Source of the DNA: Octopus vulgaris
Lineage: Eukaryota
Length of the DNA: 64,000 nucleotides
Assembly (NCBI GenBank): GCA_951406725.2
Contig: OX597816.1
Location: forward strand, 130,014,001-130,078,000
Direction: 5' to 3'
Of the stretch, positions 1 to 12,572 are shown one piece after another. Every line of letters begins with the position of its first letter. Within the stretch, counting starts at the first letter, position 1. The position numbers and the translations under genes are program-made. The notes below the pieces were generated by a model that was not told where the DNA came from, made no database searches, and was given only the letters and a program-made list of their open reading frames with translations.

Positions 1-69
1 GCTTGTGATGGACTTTGGAAATCTTTAACTCCTGAAGAATGTATCCAGTTTGTTTGCAATGTTTTAGAG
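1..69 (+). CDS. ILKAP: ILKAP-like PP2C phosphatase, penultimate coding exon (5' partial)
   Basis: Translates ACDGLWKSLTPEECIQFVCNVLE (PP2C DGLW metal-binding motif; recalled human ILKAP ACDGLFKVFTPEEAVNFILSCLE); GT donor at 70, phase 0. Confidence 0.9.
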
Positions 70-865
70 GTAAATTTCAGGCTATTCCATTTCTATGAAA
101 CTAGTTTATATTTCTTTTACCTCAATATTTTGTTAAATGAATCTCTGAAAACTGAGATCTGTAACCCAAATCTAACACTTAGGCACGATTTTCCTTGCCT
201 CACAGATCACACTTCAGGAAAGACATTTATATACTTGAATAAATATAGTTACATCCATATCCTTGACAAACAAATATTTAGTCTTGGAAAGAAGATCTAA
301 CTCTTTCTAGTTTCATCTTTCATAAAGACTTATCAGGGATTGCTTATAATATCTGTTATTTATAAATAGTTCATACATTAATTGAATTAGTGTCACAAAC
401 GGTTTCATTTCAGTATAAATTGCACTTTGAATATAAAGCAACAAGTGACTGTTATAGATCTGAACTTACATTTCAACTATGAAGGCAGTAAAATTGGCCA
501 AGAGAGTAAAGGGAAGATGTCAGATTCTTTAGATTATCTAGTTCAGTCACTGTTTTAGAAATCGAAATGATAAAGGTAACTACCAATACTAACAGAAATG
601 AAAAAAGCAAGCAGATAAGCTCTTAAAATAAAAGGTTGTGAATTGTAAACTCAATTTTACTGCAAATGTATCACTGTCTCTGTACAAGCCATCTTATTGT
701 GCATACCCAACTGCAGAGAAGGGCCAGGTCTTCTGGAAAAAAGTTAATTGTAATATAAATATAAATGGCATTGCTGAAAGGATATTTTTCCTATTCGTAT
801 AATATTACAGAAATTTGAGCTCACTGCATGTCTAGTGGATAACTATGGTTTATAGAAATATTAAC

Positions 866-975
866 TCATCATCATCATTTAATGTCGATCTTCCATGCTG
901 GCATGGGTTTGGACAGTTCAACAGGATCTGAGAAGCTGGAGGACTACATCAAGCTCCAAGGTCTGCTTTGGTGTG
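866..975 (-). mobile_element. RTE LINE 3'-tail fragment
   Basis: (CAT)n followed by ttccatgctggcatgggtt, the same terminus as the RTE 3' end at 35043. Confidence 0.7.
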
Positions 976-1253
976 GATGGGGACAGATGATTAAACATGA
1001 GTGGAGGCATAGTCAATGGTGAGTCTCAGTTTGAGAAGTGAGGTAAAGAAAAATAGGAGGGAGTCAACAAGGCAGAGGAAGTGACAGATGGTAGTATATA
1101 ATGGAGAGCAACAGTAAATGAGTGTATGTGTATATATATATATATATATCAGTAATATATGTATGGTAACAAAGTTTATCAACTTCTTGCTCATACATTT
1201 ATAGTGTCAACAAAATATAAAAACTTACTCCACTGTTGATTCATTTGTTTTAG

Positions 1254-1427
1254 GATAAATCAATTGAAGGCAATGGCACCAAAGGTACAGAAGAAATGCG
1301 CTATGAAGCAGCTTGCCAGAGGCTTGTCAATGAAGCTATCCTGCGACTCACTGCTGATAACGTCACGGTAGTTTTGGTATCCATCTCTCATTTCACTAAG
1401 TTTAATTCTAATTTCTGTTGTCCCTGA
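1254..1427 (+). CDS. ILKAP: ILKAP-like PP2C phosphatase, last coding exon
   Basis: tttag acceptor; DKSIEGNGTKGTEEMRYEAACQRLVNEAILRLTADNVTVVLVSISHFTKFNSNFCCP*; matches ILKAP RYEAACNRLAN...ADNVTV; TGA 1425-1427. Confidence 0.9.
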   Translation, partial: DKSIEGNGTKGTEEMRYEAACQRLVNEAILRLTADNVTVVLVSISHFTKFNSNFCCP

Positions 1428-1719
1428 TTATTAAAATAATTTTATTAACAACTTGCACTATCATCTTTTCTTTGGTTTGGTTATGGCTTTAGAGTACTTA
1501 GTTAGCCAATATGTGAAACCCTGTTGCTATGCATAGTTGCATTGATCAAACAGAATAACTAAGAGGTTTGCTAATGCTCTATAACATGACAATCAGAAGA
1601 GTGAGGTGTTCCAGATTGCAAAGCAGTGTCAGTATGAATCAAGGCATTGAAAATTGTCCACAAATATAGTGGCACACATCTTCACTGATGTCAAGATGGA
1701 GACATGAAAATGCCATTAC

Positions 1720-2890
1720 ACAAATGTTGCTAAATGAGAATAAGTAGGCGAAAGATGGACTGCCTTCAATAGACCCAACAAAAAGAATTCACTACTGAAT
1801 TGAGTAACAATATAGTTGAAATAGCTTTTAACAATATGAAAGTAGGGAAAGCAGTTGGGCAATTAGAGGAGTCACTGAGATGCTGAAAATATCCAAGGAT
1901 GCATGCTAATCACTTGCATAATCAGTCAGTTGGTAGAGGGAGTGATTGTTCCCAGTTGTCTAGCAATATTATTAACTGCTACAAATGCGGTAGTGATACT
2001 CTGGAAAGAATTAATTATGGAAGCATCAAACTGATGAACCAAATTATAAAAGTATCAGAAACAGAAAAAGCACAACTAATTAAGAAGAAAATTAAATGAG
2101 ATGCAACACAATGCTATCAATTATTTCATACTAGTGAATCAACTACTGAAGATTAAACCACTATACTTAGCATTCACTGATCTGGAGAAGACCTTTTACA
2201 GGATGTCTCTTTCACAGTCTAGTGACTGTTAAGAAAACTAGCTATGAATGAAAGATATATAAGAGCCATGTTCAGAGATGCTGTCAGTAAGGTGAAAGTC
2301 AGCAACAAGTTAAGCAATGAATTTAGCTTTCAGATAGGCATCCATTAAAACTCAATGCTTTACCTCCTGTTTGTTATAGTTCCCCAGGCCATAACAAATG
2401 ACTTTAATACTAGTTGCCCATGAGAACTTCTGTTTGCTAATTACCTATTCCCATAGCTAAATTTGTCAAAAAATTAGAGAAATTCCAAATGTGGAAGCAA
2501 AGTCTAGAATCTTGAAGTTAACCAAACCAAAACAAATGTTTTGGTTAACAGTAAAGAATACAAAATTGTTACCAGCTGGAAATGGCTATGCATGCTCAAT
2601 ATGTAGATAAGATAGGAATTCCATACAATGTACACAATGTAAACTACAATGCACAAGATGTGCAGTCAGTGGCAGACTGAGAGAGGTCTTCATTTGTGAC
2701 AGATGTGCAAGAGTAGTTAGCAGTATGTGAATTCTTTCAAATTCTTGGAGGTCTCCCTTGAAGTAAGTGACAACTTCATTTACTTAGTTGACCTAATTAT
2801 CAGCAGATGAAATATTTCAAAAGTATAGTAACCACAGTAATAATGAGGTGAGAAAGCTCAGGAAGCAGTTATCTCTGCTAGCAAGAGAGA
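1720..2890 (+). mobile_element. Old, degenerate RTE LINE RT fragment
   Basis: Frameshifted remnants collinear with the ORF at 8023-9648 (MKVGKA, EMLKIS, YLAFTDLE, FRDAVSKVKV, EKFQMWKQ). Confidence 0.8.
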
Positions 2891-3076
2891 AATCAGATCA
2901 CACTGCCAGAGGAACAGCCATGTTTACTCCATAACACAAGAAAGAAAACTGGAGCAATCAAGATCAAATCTTACATATCCACAAGACTATTACCTTTTTT
3001 AGTACAATTGCAGTGTGGCCAACTTAAAAAAAGTTTCAGCGAAAGTGCGGATAACTTGACTTTCCCTTGTGTATAA

Positions 3077-3118
<42 letters not shown>

Positions 3119-3129
3119 TGAATTGGCCA

Positions 3130-3990
3130 CAAGGTCCATTTTGGATATAATGACTGTTTTGTTCTAGTATCTTCTGCCATTTTGTGGGCAGATCCATTAT
3201 TTCTTGTCTTTACAGGTGAAAAACTCTTCCAAGTAAACTTTTACATCCTCTTCAGAGTTAAAAGTCTGTCCATTCAATAAATTTTGAAGAGACCGAAAGA
3301 GGTGGAAATCTGAAGGCACACGATCGAGCGAATATGAAGGGTGTAGACTAGCATTGCTACAATTAGCAAGTGTCAGACACTTCTGGTAGATCACTGGTCA
3401 CAGTACACATCTGAACTGATGGTTCTACCCAAGGATGAGAGAGCTCATAAAAGACAACACCTTTCCTATCCCACCAGACTGAAGTCATAACCTTCATCAG
3501 GTGAAGTCCCCCCTTTGAAGGTTGTTTGTGGGAACTTGCCACCACTTCCATGATTGTGATTCACATTGTTATAAACAATGTTTTTTGTTTTTTTCCCCCC
3601 ATCACTATTCCTTTCTAAAAGGGAGTGTTTTCTTTATATTTTTGCAAGGAATCACAGATGGGAATCTGTTGAATGAGGTTAATCCCATTCAGATGATGTG
3701 GGACCTGAACATCAAACCTGACATAATCTTGTTGACACATGGTTTTCACCACTCGATTTGAATATATGGAGAATATCTGCAATCATTCTAGGTGTATAAT
3801 GAAGGTTAATGCCAACTTACTCCATTTTGTCATTGTTAATCTCAGTTAGCCAAAAATTTCCCAATCAAAATCAAACCACTTCTGGCACACAAATTGCATA
3901 AGAGCAATCTCTCTGTACACAGCACATATCCTCCTGCAGGTTTCCACCACTTTCTTGCTTTATTAAAATTAAAATAAAAAAGTATTAAGT
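3130..3990 (-). mobile_element. mariner (DD34D) transposase remnant
   Basis: KVMTSVWWDRKGVVFYEL and HPSYSLDRVPSDFHLFRSLQN (mariner YSPDLAPSD motif), split by frameshifts; boundaries approximate. Confidence 0.85.
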
Positions 3991-4409
3991 CTCACGATTC
4001 GTTTTGCTTCTCCCTTTTTAAGGTGATCTCAAGCACACAAATTACTATGAACTATGCTGAAGTGTCAAGTATCTAATGAGTGCACATACACAAGGGACAG
4101 ACTGAAGTAGCTAATTATTAGAGTGATTGAAATTCAGTGTTGACAATTTTGTTTTATATATCATGCATTTTGTTAGAAAATAGTGTTACTGATTGTATGT
4201 TTTTAATGGGTCAATAAGTGGCTTATTGAATAGCTGATGCTGAGAGTAACTCTGACAATATAAATTCCACAAGATATTTTTGTTTGGACTGATAGATGGG
4301 AGATTGTTACCTCAATTGGAAACAGGCATTAGTTGCATCAGGAAAGGCATCCGCTGCAGAAAAAAGACACTCATTTGATCTATGCAAGCATGGAAAACAA
4401 ACATTAAAA

Positions 4410-4865
4410 TCATCATCATCATTTAACGTCCATTTTCCATGTTGGCATGGGTTAGATAGTTGGACATGGAGCTGAATAGCCAGAGAGCAGTCCCAACTCC
4501 AGTTGTCTGTTGTGCTGAGTTTTCTATGGCTGGATGCCCTTCCTAATGCCAGCCACTTTACAGTGTACTGGTTGCTTTCTATATGCCACCACCACAGGTG
4601 CATTTATGCAGCACCAGCACAAGTGCATTTTATGCAGCACCAGTAAAGGGCAAGCCTGAATGTATGGATGATAGCAATTTTACTTAGCTTGACGCATCTT
4701 TTCAAATACAGGAAATCGCCACAACTCTCAGTCCCTTGTCATTTTCTCAGTGAAGCCCAGTGTCTGAAGATCCTTTCTTACAACTTTGTCTCATATCTTC
4801 TTGGGTCTACCCCTTCCACAATTAGAGCTTAGCACTTCTTTATGCAGCTGTCCTCATCCATATGC
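4410..4865 (-). mobile_element. RTE LINE 3' fragment (ORF end, UTR, GAT tail)
   Basis: Remnant DKVVRKDLQTLG, short repeat units and (CAT)n tail; abuts an opposite-strand tail at about 4300-4410. Confidence 0.75.
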
Positions 4866-4882
4866 AGATGATGATATATATG

Positions 4883-4927
<45 letters not shown>

Positions 4928-5093
4928 TCCCAGGATTCCAGAGAATCAGGTACTTAAATAGTAAAGTACTAATTTAAAGACAAATACGTACTTACTAAAG
5001 TAAATACAAATTGCTGCTAAATTAATTCTACCACATTTGACTAGTTTGTCAAGTCGTCAACTATTTCTCTCTCTACATATATATAGATATATA

Positions 5094-5956
5094 CTAGATT
5101 ATCTGTGACCCATCGGGTCACCTGGAAAGTCTGAGTTTCCCAGCAACAAGGTTTTGTTTTGTAAGTTTTTTTGTTTTCTTTTTCAGGTTATTTTGCATGC
5201 TTTCAACAAATGTGACATCGAAATTACACGTAAATAGCACCTTTCCCCAGAAAAGGAAAGATTTGGCTGCTATTTCTTGCATGCCCTGCTACCACATAAC
5301 AGGTATTTTGGGTCCTTCATCGCAAATAGCTGTTACGTGGTAGCAGGGCGTGCTAGAAATAGCAGCCACATCTTTAGAGGTGAGATACATTGAATGCACT
5401 CAAAAAAACTTATGGAAAAAAATTATTTCACACCAAGATTATGAACGCGTCTTTTACAAAATATTTACCATATTTTTAAAGTCATTTTCACTTAAAAATA
5501 TGCTCAAAAAAATTTTGTAATGGTATTCAGTTGAAAATAAATTTTAAAATATCATCTGTTTAAAGAAAGCTAAAATATAAATACTTACTGTACAAACAAC
5601 TTACATTTTTGAAATCACATTTACTTAAAAACATTTCTAAACGATTAAAATATTGTTTAACAAAGGCGAAAACGGAAAAAACAAATTGTATTTTTTCGTT
5701 GTCAAGTCACTGTCTAATCAAAAGGTAAGAGTTTCTTCCCTTTCAGAATATTTTCCAATTACGCACAGTTTTGGGTATTTATACCCCGAAAACCCCTAAT
5801 ATCTCAACAACCACTAGTCCAATTTATGCAAAGCTTGTTTTATTCCATTTGTATTCACATACTAATTCATAGTATTTTCCCATTATGTTCCAGTTTGGCT
5901 GGATAACATTGCAAGCAAGATTTAAGCTCACTTTTAATGAATTATAAATAGATAGA
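5094..5956 (-). mobile_element. Non-autonomous Helitron
   Basis: Minus strand begins A|TCTATCTA and ends with hairpin GTGACCC-GAT-GGGTCAC, 7 nt, then CTAG|T; no TSD. These are canonical Helitron termini. Confidence 0.7.
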
Positions 5957-8104
5957 TGACTTTACAAACTTTTTAAATGTGATTTAATTTAGCAGCAGTG
6001 GTTTAGTCAATAATTCTATTTAAAAGTTTAATATTCTAAACATCTGCTGAGAGTATCAATTGAAATGTCTTTAGAAAAGTAGACATTGAAAATACAATTG
6101 TTTGAATGAATTATTAGAAAAACATACCTTATTATAACATATGTTTTCATAGACTTTAGTAATGATTTCAAACGAAATGCCACTAAGCATTTTATCCAGC
6201 GTGCTAATGTTTGTGCCAGCTTGCCGCCTTCATAGACTTTAATAAAAGGCAATGTAGTTCCACAGAAATGAGTGGGTCAAAAGTTGCACACAAAATAAGT
6301 TCAATAGGCTCTGGAACTGTTAAAGACAGGCTTCACTTTTTGAAAAATTGAATAAAATAATGATGAATACACATATTTGTATATGAAGATCAAAATGAAT
6401 AATAATGTGATATAAATGAAATGTTCAACATTTTGGTGCATGACTTTTGGCCCATCCTGTAGAAACAAGAAGTTAAACATTCTCATTAACCAGTTTTTGT
6501 TTGTTAGTTTTTTAGCATTTAATCAGCAAGGAGAGAGGCAACATTCAAAACCATTCTGATTTTTCAGGGTGTCTGAGATTGATGGAAGTAGGCTCTTGAC
6601 AAACACAAAAGACCTGTCCCCCACCCTCCCTATACATCAAATGTTTACAACAGAATTTACTCAACTGAAGGCCTCCAATCTTCAAGAAATGGTGTTAAGC
6701 AAATGATGGATTAAATCACCACTCAAAAACTCCAGAAAGTTAGGAGGCACAAAAACCAATAAAACACAAGGCATTTTATTCAGAATCTTTAACAATTCTG
6801 CCAATCCTCTTCTTTAGACTAGTACTTTACTTTTTCAACCCCAAAAGGATGAAAGGCAGTATCATCTTTAGCAGTAAATATTTCACTTTGGTGCAAATGC
6901 TATTGTTAAATGAATCAACTTTGGTACAATATTGCTGCTTACTTTATAAATCCTGGAGGAAGCTGAGCTCAGAACAAAGAGGTACTAAGGCTATATAAAT
7001 TAATACTTTCAGACAAAAATATCTTGTGGTGTTTATTCTACCCAAGTGTCACAAACACTCCACTGTCACTCTCAACATCAGATATTCAATAAACCAATGA
7101 TTGACCCTTTGAAAATCTATAACTACCCTATTTTTCACAAAGTCAGAAACCAAAAAGTTCTGGCTTATGTATTCACAAAACATGATACATAAAAATCTTT
7201 CTAAAGTAGTTATCTTTGAAAAGTTAACATGAAGACCAACTATATTTTTGCCCATTCCACCCCACAAAAAAAAGAGAGAGACATTTAAGAAATAAAGACA
7301 CAACAAATGGTATAAACAAGATTATTCTTACCAAGAGTTAGTTGAATAAATAATATATTTTAGCAGGAATTTTAAAGTATGTGAAAAATATCTTCAGTTG
7401 TGTTTTGAAAAAAAAATCAAAATACAATTGTCAAAACTTTGATTTAGTTCATATACATAATGAAGATAAAGATAAATGAAGATGTATAAAATATTTAATT
7501 AGTTTAGTGACAAATATTCTCTGAAGATCTGCTGTTCATCTCTCTTGAGTTTCTTTACCACTGTCAAGTACTGATTTATTCCAAGGTGATCATAGTTATA
7601 TTAGATGAATTGTCAAGTTTTTTTTTTTAAATCTCAAGGTAAGTGAAGTGTGAGAGGATTGAAAAACTGAAAATGTGTGAATAATGTTAAATAGATTTGG
7701 AGTGAAAGGATGTTTTATCATGAGCAAAGCTTCTTGATAAGACAATGTAGATTTCAAATTACTTATATTAATACAACTGGTTTTATATAATATATATGAT
7801 ATGACGTGGTGAAATGAGCTAATAAAATAGTGAATGCTGTGATGAGTTAATGTAATTTTAAGGTGCATAAATAATATCAATTTAATTCTGCTAATGTTTT
7901 GTCAGAAGGGAAGACTAGTTTCAATATGATTATAATTAGTTTAATCAACCCAACCTCAAAGCATTGAAAGACAAAATTAACTTCAGTAAGATGATGTAAA
8001 TCAGAAACCATAAAGTTCTCACTTATGTATTCAACATATTAATTTTGTTAATAGGCATGTCATCGGTAAACATAATACCTAAATTATTGCAACAAAGAAA
8101 TATT

Positions 8105-10102
8105 TTCACCACCTCGTCCCAGGTTTTCCTGGGTTTACCTCTTCCACGGGTTCCCTCAACTGCTAGGGATTGGCACTTTTTCACACACCTATCTTCATCC
8201 ATTCTCGCCACATGACCATACCAGCGCAATTGTCTCTCTTGCACACCACAACTGATGCTTCTTAGGTCCAACATTTCTGTCAAGGTACTAACGCTCTGTC
8301 GAGTATGCACACTGACATTACACATCCATCGGAGCATACTGGCTTCATTCCTCGCGAGCTTACGCATGTCCTCAGCAGTCACGGCCCATGTTTCACTGCC
8401 ATGTAGCATGGCTGTTCGTACACATGCATCATACAGTCTGCCTTTTACTCTGAGCGAGAGGCCTTTAGTCACCAGCAGAGGTAAGAGCTCCCTAAACTTT
8501 GCCCAGGCTATTCTTACTCTAGCAGTTACACTTTCAACGCACCCACCCCCATTACTGACTTGGTCACCTAGATAATGGAAGCTATCAACTACTTCTAGTT
8601 TTTCCCCCTGGAAAGTGACGGAAGTTGTTTTCTGCAGATTTTCAGAGTTTATTGCTCCTAAGCATCTGCCACATACAAAAACTATCTTCCCAGTTAGCCT
8701 TCCTTTGACATTGCTGCACCTCTTATGTGTCCATAGCTTACACTGGGTACGTCTTATAGAGTTTCTACCTACACCTTTTCTACAGATCAAGCAGGGCCAT
8801 CTTCCTGAAGACATTTGTGGTTTGTCTACCTTCCTACTTATTAGTACTTTGGTTTTAGCTAGGTTGACTCTAAGGCCCCTCGATTCTAAACCCTCCTTCC
8901 ACACCTGGAACTTCTCCAGTTCTGATAGTGACTCAGCAATTAGAGCAAGGTCGTCAGCATAGAGGAGCTCCGAGGGGCAACCTGTCTTGAATTCCTCCGT
9001 AATTGCCTGGAGGACTATGATAAATAGGAGGGGGCTGAGTACTGAACCCTGGTGGACCACAACCTCTACTTTGAATTCTTCTGTGTACATGTTGCCAACC
9101 CTAACCTTACTTACGGCATCCCTGTACATGGCTTGCACAGCCCTCACCAGCCATTCATCTATCCCTAGCTTCCTCATTGACCACCAAATAAGGGATCGGG
9201 GGACCCTGTCAAAGGCTTTCTCCATGTCAACGAAAGCCAGGTACAGGGGCTTATCTTTGGCTAGGTATTTCTCTTGCAGCTGTCTCACCAGAAATATGGC
9301 ATCAGTGGTGCTTTTCCCTGGCATGAAACCAAACTGCATTTCGTCCAAGTTGACTTTCTCCCTAATCAGTTGGGCTATGACCCTCTCTGTAACCTTCATT
9401 ACCTGATCCAACAGCTTGATACCTCTGTAATTATTTGTATCTAGGGCGTCTCCTTTACCTTTGTAGCAGTTGACTAGTGTGCTGCTACACCAGTCATTGG
9501 GTATGACTCCTTCGTGTATCATCTGGTTAACTATATGGGTGACTAGGTTATAGCCGACACTGCCAGATATTTTGAGCATCTCTGCAGTAATTCCTGATGG
9601 GCCTGGGGCTTTCCCTGTCTTCATGCTTCTAATTGCCTTAACTACCAAAGAATTGTCAACTCAGATGGCTGGTCCCTCTGTTGGGTTGACATTCGGCAGA
9701 CTCTCTTTATCCCATTCATTTTCTTTATTTAGCAACCTTTCATAGTGGCATCTCCAAACCTCTCTCTTTGCATCCTCATTTAGCGCAAGTGAACCATCAT
9801 CCATGCGGACACATTTCTCTCCTACCACATCACGATTCACTCACACACTGTCTTGCAATACGAAATACCTCAAGTCTTTCATCCTCACGGCGCAGAACAT
9901 TGGCAAATTTTTTCTCATCCGCTTCCCCTCTGGCTAAATAAACCTGTCTCTTAGCTTCCCTTCTGGCTGTCTAATACAATTCCCTGCTACCACCGTTCTT
10001 CCAGTCCCTCCAAGCCTGTTTGTTTTGTCTAATAGCCCTGTCAACCACATTGTTCCACCACCACGTTACTCTGGGTCGAGATGGGACTTTGCTCCATCCA
10101 CA
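8105..10102 (-). mobile_element. Young RTE-clade LINE internal fragment with RT domain, truncated at both ends
   Basis: ORF 8023-9648: KAPGPSGI, NYRGIKLL, QFGF, FVDMEKAFD, QGSVLSP, YADD, RWYGHV; in-frame TGA at 9660-9662 and an apparent upstream frameshift. Confidence 0.95.
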
Positions 10103-10636
10103 TTTCTATCAATTATATTTAAAATACCTACAACTGAGTATGCTATGTGTGGTCTCTAAGATATTTCTTTCAGCCTCTACCATTGTTTTAGACAATCTAC
10201 AAATCTTCCTGTAAAGCAAATGAATGTCTTAAAATTAACATAAGCTACTTTGAATATTTCCAGTTTTATCCCTATCTTATCATCACAAAGACAATGAGAT
10301 GACAACTCACAAATTTGTTTAGTAATCTAACGGGGTTCTTCAAAATTATTCTAGAAATTTCTATAAACTATTCTTTTAAAACTAAAGTGACTTCAAAACA
10401 TAAATTGAGATAAAAAATAAGCGCTAATGTATATGTTTGAATGTCTAATGAAATTATGTTCAATGATTAAATGAAACATTACTTAATCCAATCAATTTTA
10501 TCTTATGCTGAACTATTTATGTAATACATGTGAATGAAATGAAGTCAGTTCAATTATGTACATGAATTCTTCCTAACAAGACAAAATGATGGAAGGTGGG
10601 GAGAATAAAAATGTCAGTCTTTTTTAAACTTTCCAA

Positions 10637-12572
10637 TCATCTTTCTAGAAACTTTTGTTCTACTGCTTTAGCAATTTCTTCATCTACAGAACCTATTGAA
10701 TCATATTCAGAGTCTAAGTTACTACTACTGCTGCATTCAGAAACCACTTGGGATTCAGTGAATTTATCACATGTTCCTTCCGTACTCTCTTCAGATTTTT
10801 CTGTGTCTTCAGATTCTTCTCGTTTTATGACTACTTTCTTTTTTTGTGATCTCCGTTTTCGCCATTGCTTACTTTTCCATCCAAGAGGGAACTCACCTGA
10901 CAGACTTTCATCTGATGAAGTTTCAGGTTTACGATCTAGCAATACCTGCTTCCGTAGTTGAGCTTCAGCTTCCTTCTCATCAGAATCACTATCATCTTCA
11001 CCCATTAATTCTTCTAATTCTTTGTCCATGCTTGCTCGTTCTTCATCTGAAAAGGAGTACAAAGGATTGTATCTGGTGTTACTATTTTTTGAAGACTCTT
11101 TGCCTTTTTCAGTAACTTTCTTTTGAATTGCACCAATTTCTTCATCAAATATATCATCATCATCGTCATCCTCAATTTCAATAGCATCATCTTCATCTTC
11201 TGAACTCTCAACACCATCATCATCGTCATCATCGTCATCCTCATCATCATCATCATCATCCTCATCATCATCCTCATCTTCATCCTCATCAACATCATCA
11301 TCATCATCTTGCTTAAGTTTCTTCTCTGCTACATCACAATCAACTGACTTACATTTTCTTTTAAGAGACTTTGAATTTTGTCTTTTCATACCAACATTTA
11401 AATTCATTCGTGAGAGTCTTGGTTCTAAAGGGATTTTTTCACTTAATTGAAATAAACGTTCATCAACTCTTTCCCATCGCTCACAACATACCCAGAGCCA
11501 ATCTAGAGTGACAATATGCCCCATTTGGGAGCGTTTAGCAGCATGAACTTTTGTTGTTCCCAGTTTATTTGCTATTAAATGCGTTGTGTAATTGTTTTTG
11601 TGTGATGAAGAATATGGTATAAAATTTAAATGTATGTTAGCTCCCAAAGATTTAGCAATATTGTAAGGCCGAGATTTTTCAATTGGCATATTCAGAGGTA
11701 TTATACCACTGAAGCAGATATTGCAGCCCTGTAAAACTTTACGTCGTACATAGGGAATGATAGCTTTTAAGTCTAAATTAGTATCAGGAATGTTAGAAGC
11801 CCCTTCATTCTTATTAAGCTGATCACTAATATCAAAGTATGCTTTGTGGATTCTATTTAGAATTTCTTCTAAGTAAAACAGATAGTCATCTTCATCATCC
11901 CACTCAATTTCTTCATTCTCTTCAGTCTTGGAATTTTTTTCCTCACTTGAGGGTTTTGTTTGTATTTTGCCAGTTTTAGCACTGGCTTCGTCAACATCAC
12001 TACAAGTACCTGCCTTAGAACTGGTATCATCGACATCACTGCAAGTACCAGCCTTAGAACTGGCATCATCAACATCACTGCAAGCACTAGCCTTGGAACT
12101 GGTATCATCAACATCACTACAAGCATCAGTTTTGGCATTGGCATCATCAACATCACTACCAGCAACAGTGGCAGATTTAGTTTTAGCAACACTAGTATCT
12201 GTTTTACCGTCTTTACCGACATTCTTAACACCGTTGTCAGCATTAGAAATTGTATCAGATTCTGTTTCAAGATCTCTTTTAGGGTCATTTTGGTCTTCTG
12301 AGGCACCATCATTATCTTTTTTCTCATCCTCTTCATCATCAACACATAAATCTTTTTCATCCTCATCAATGTTACATGATATTCTTCGTACACGATGTGT
12401 GATTGGTTTGCTATCATTTTCCTTCTTGGATAAACCTGGTGGGGCATTAATATCAGCAGTTCCTTGGAAAAAACGATATGGTTTGACATGGATTAGGTTA
12501 GGCGCATAGTTCCACACATCTTCTCTGTCATCAATGATACACACCATTGAGTCACCACATGGAAACAAAGCT
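10637..12572 (-). CDS. CTDP1: CTDP1/FCP1 exon 6 (terminal; end of FCPH domain, acidic insert, BRCT domain, TFIIF-binding tail)
   Basis: tttcag acceptor, phase 2; LFPCGDSMVCIIDDREDVW...YRFFQGTADIN, BRCT (VLQGCNICFSG...TTHLIA...WLWVCCERWERVDE), C-terminal DEEIAKAVEQKFLER*. Confidence 0.97.
11150..11310 (-). repeat. (GAT/GAG)n coding microsatellite giving a poly-Asp/Glu tract
   Basis: Imperfect (TCA)n on + strand, in frame in CTDP1. Confidence 0.9.
11966..12160 (-). repeat. 39-bp coding minisatellite, 5 copies (CSDVDDTSSKAGT)
   Basis: Five 13-aa units are visible in both DNA and protein. Confidence 0.95.

Noticed and set aside
8023-9648. 541-aa ORF as a functional or domesticated RT gene
   Set aside because: No endonuclease domain, an upstream stop and apparent frameshift, substitutions at conserved sites (VVHQG, finger Cys to Arg), and a C-terminus read from flanking DNA.
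11014-11307. Poly-Met ORF and other overlapping ORFs (11869-12489, 11928-12509, 10596-10961)
   Set aside because: Alternative-frame or antisense readings of CTDP1 low-complexity GAT-rich sequence.
1-12572. Two Ser/Thr phosphatase genes adjacent as a functional cluster
   Set aside because: PPM and FCP/HAD folds are unrelated; adjacency alone is not evidence of co-function.
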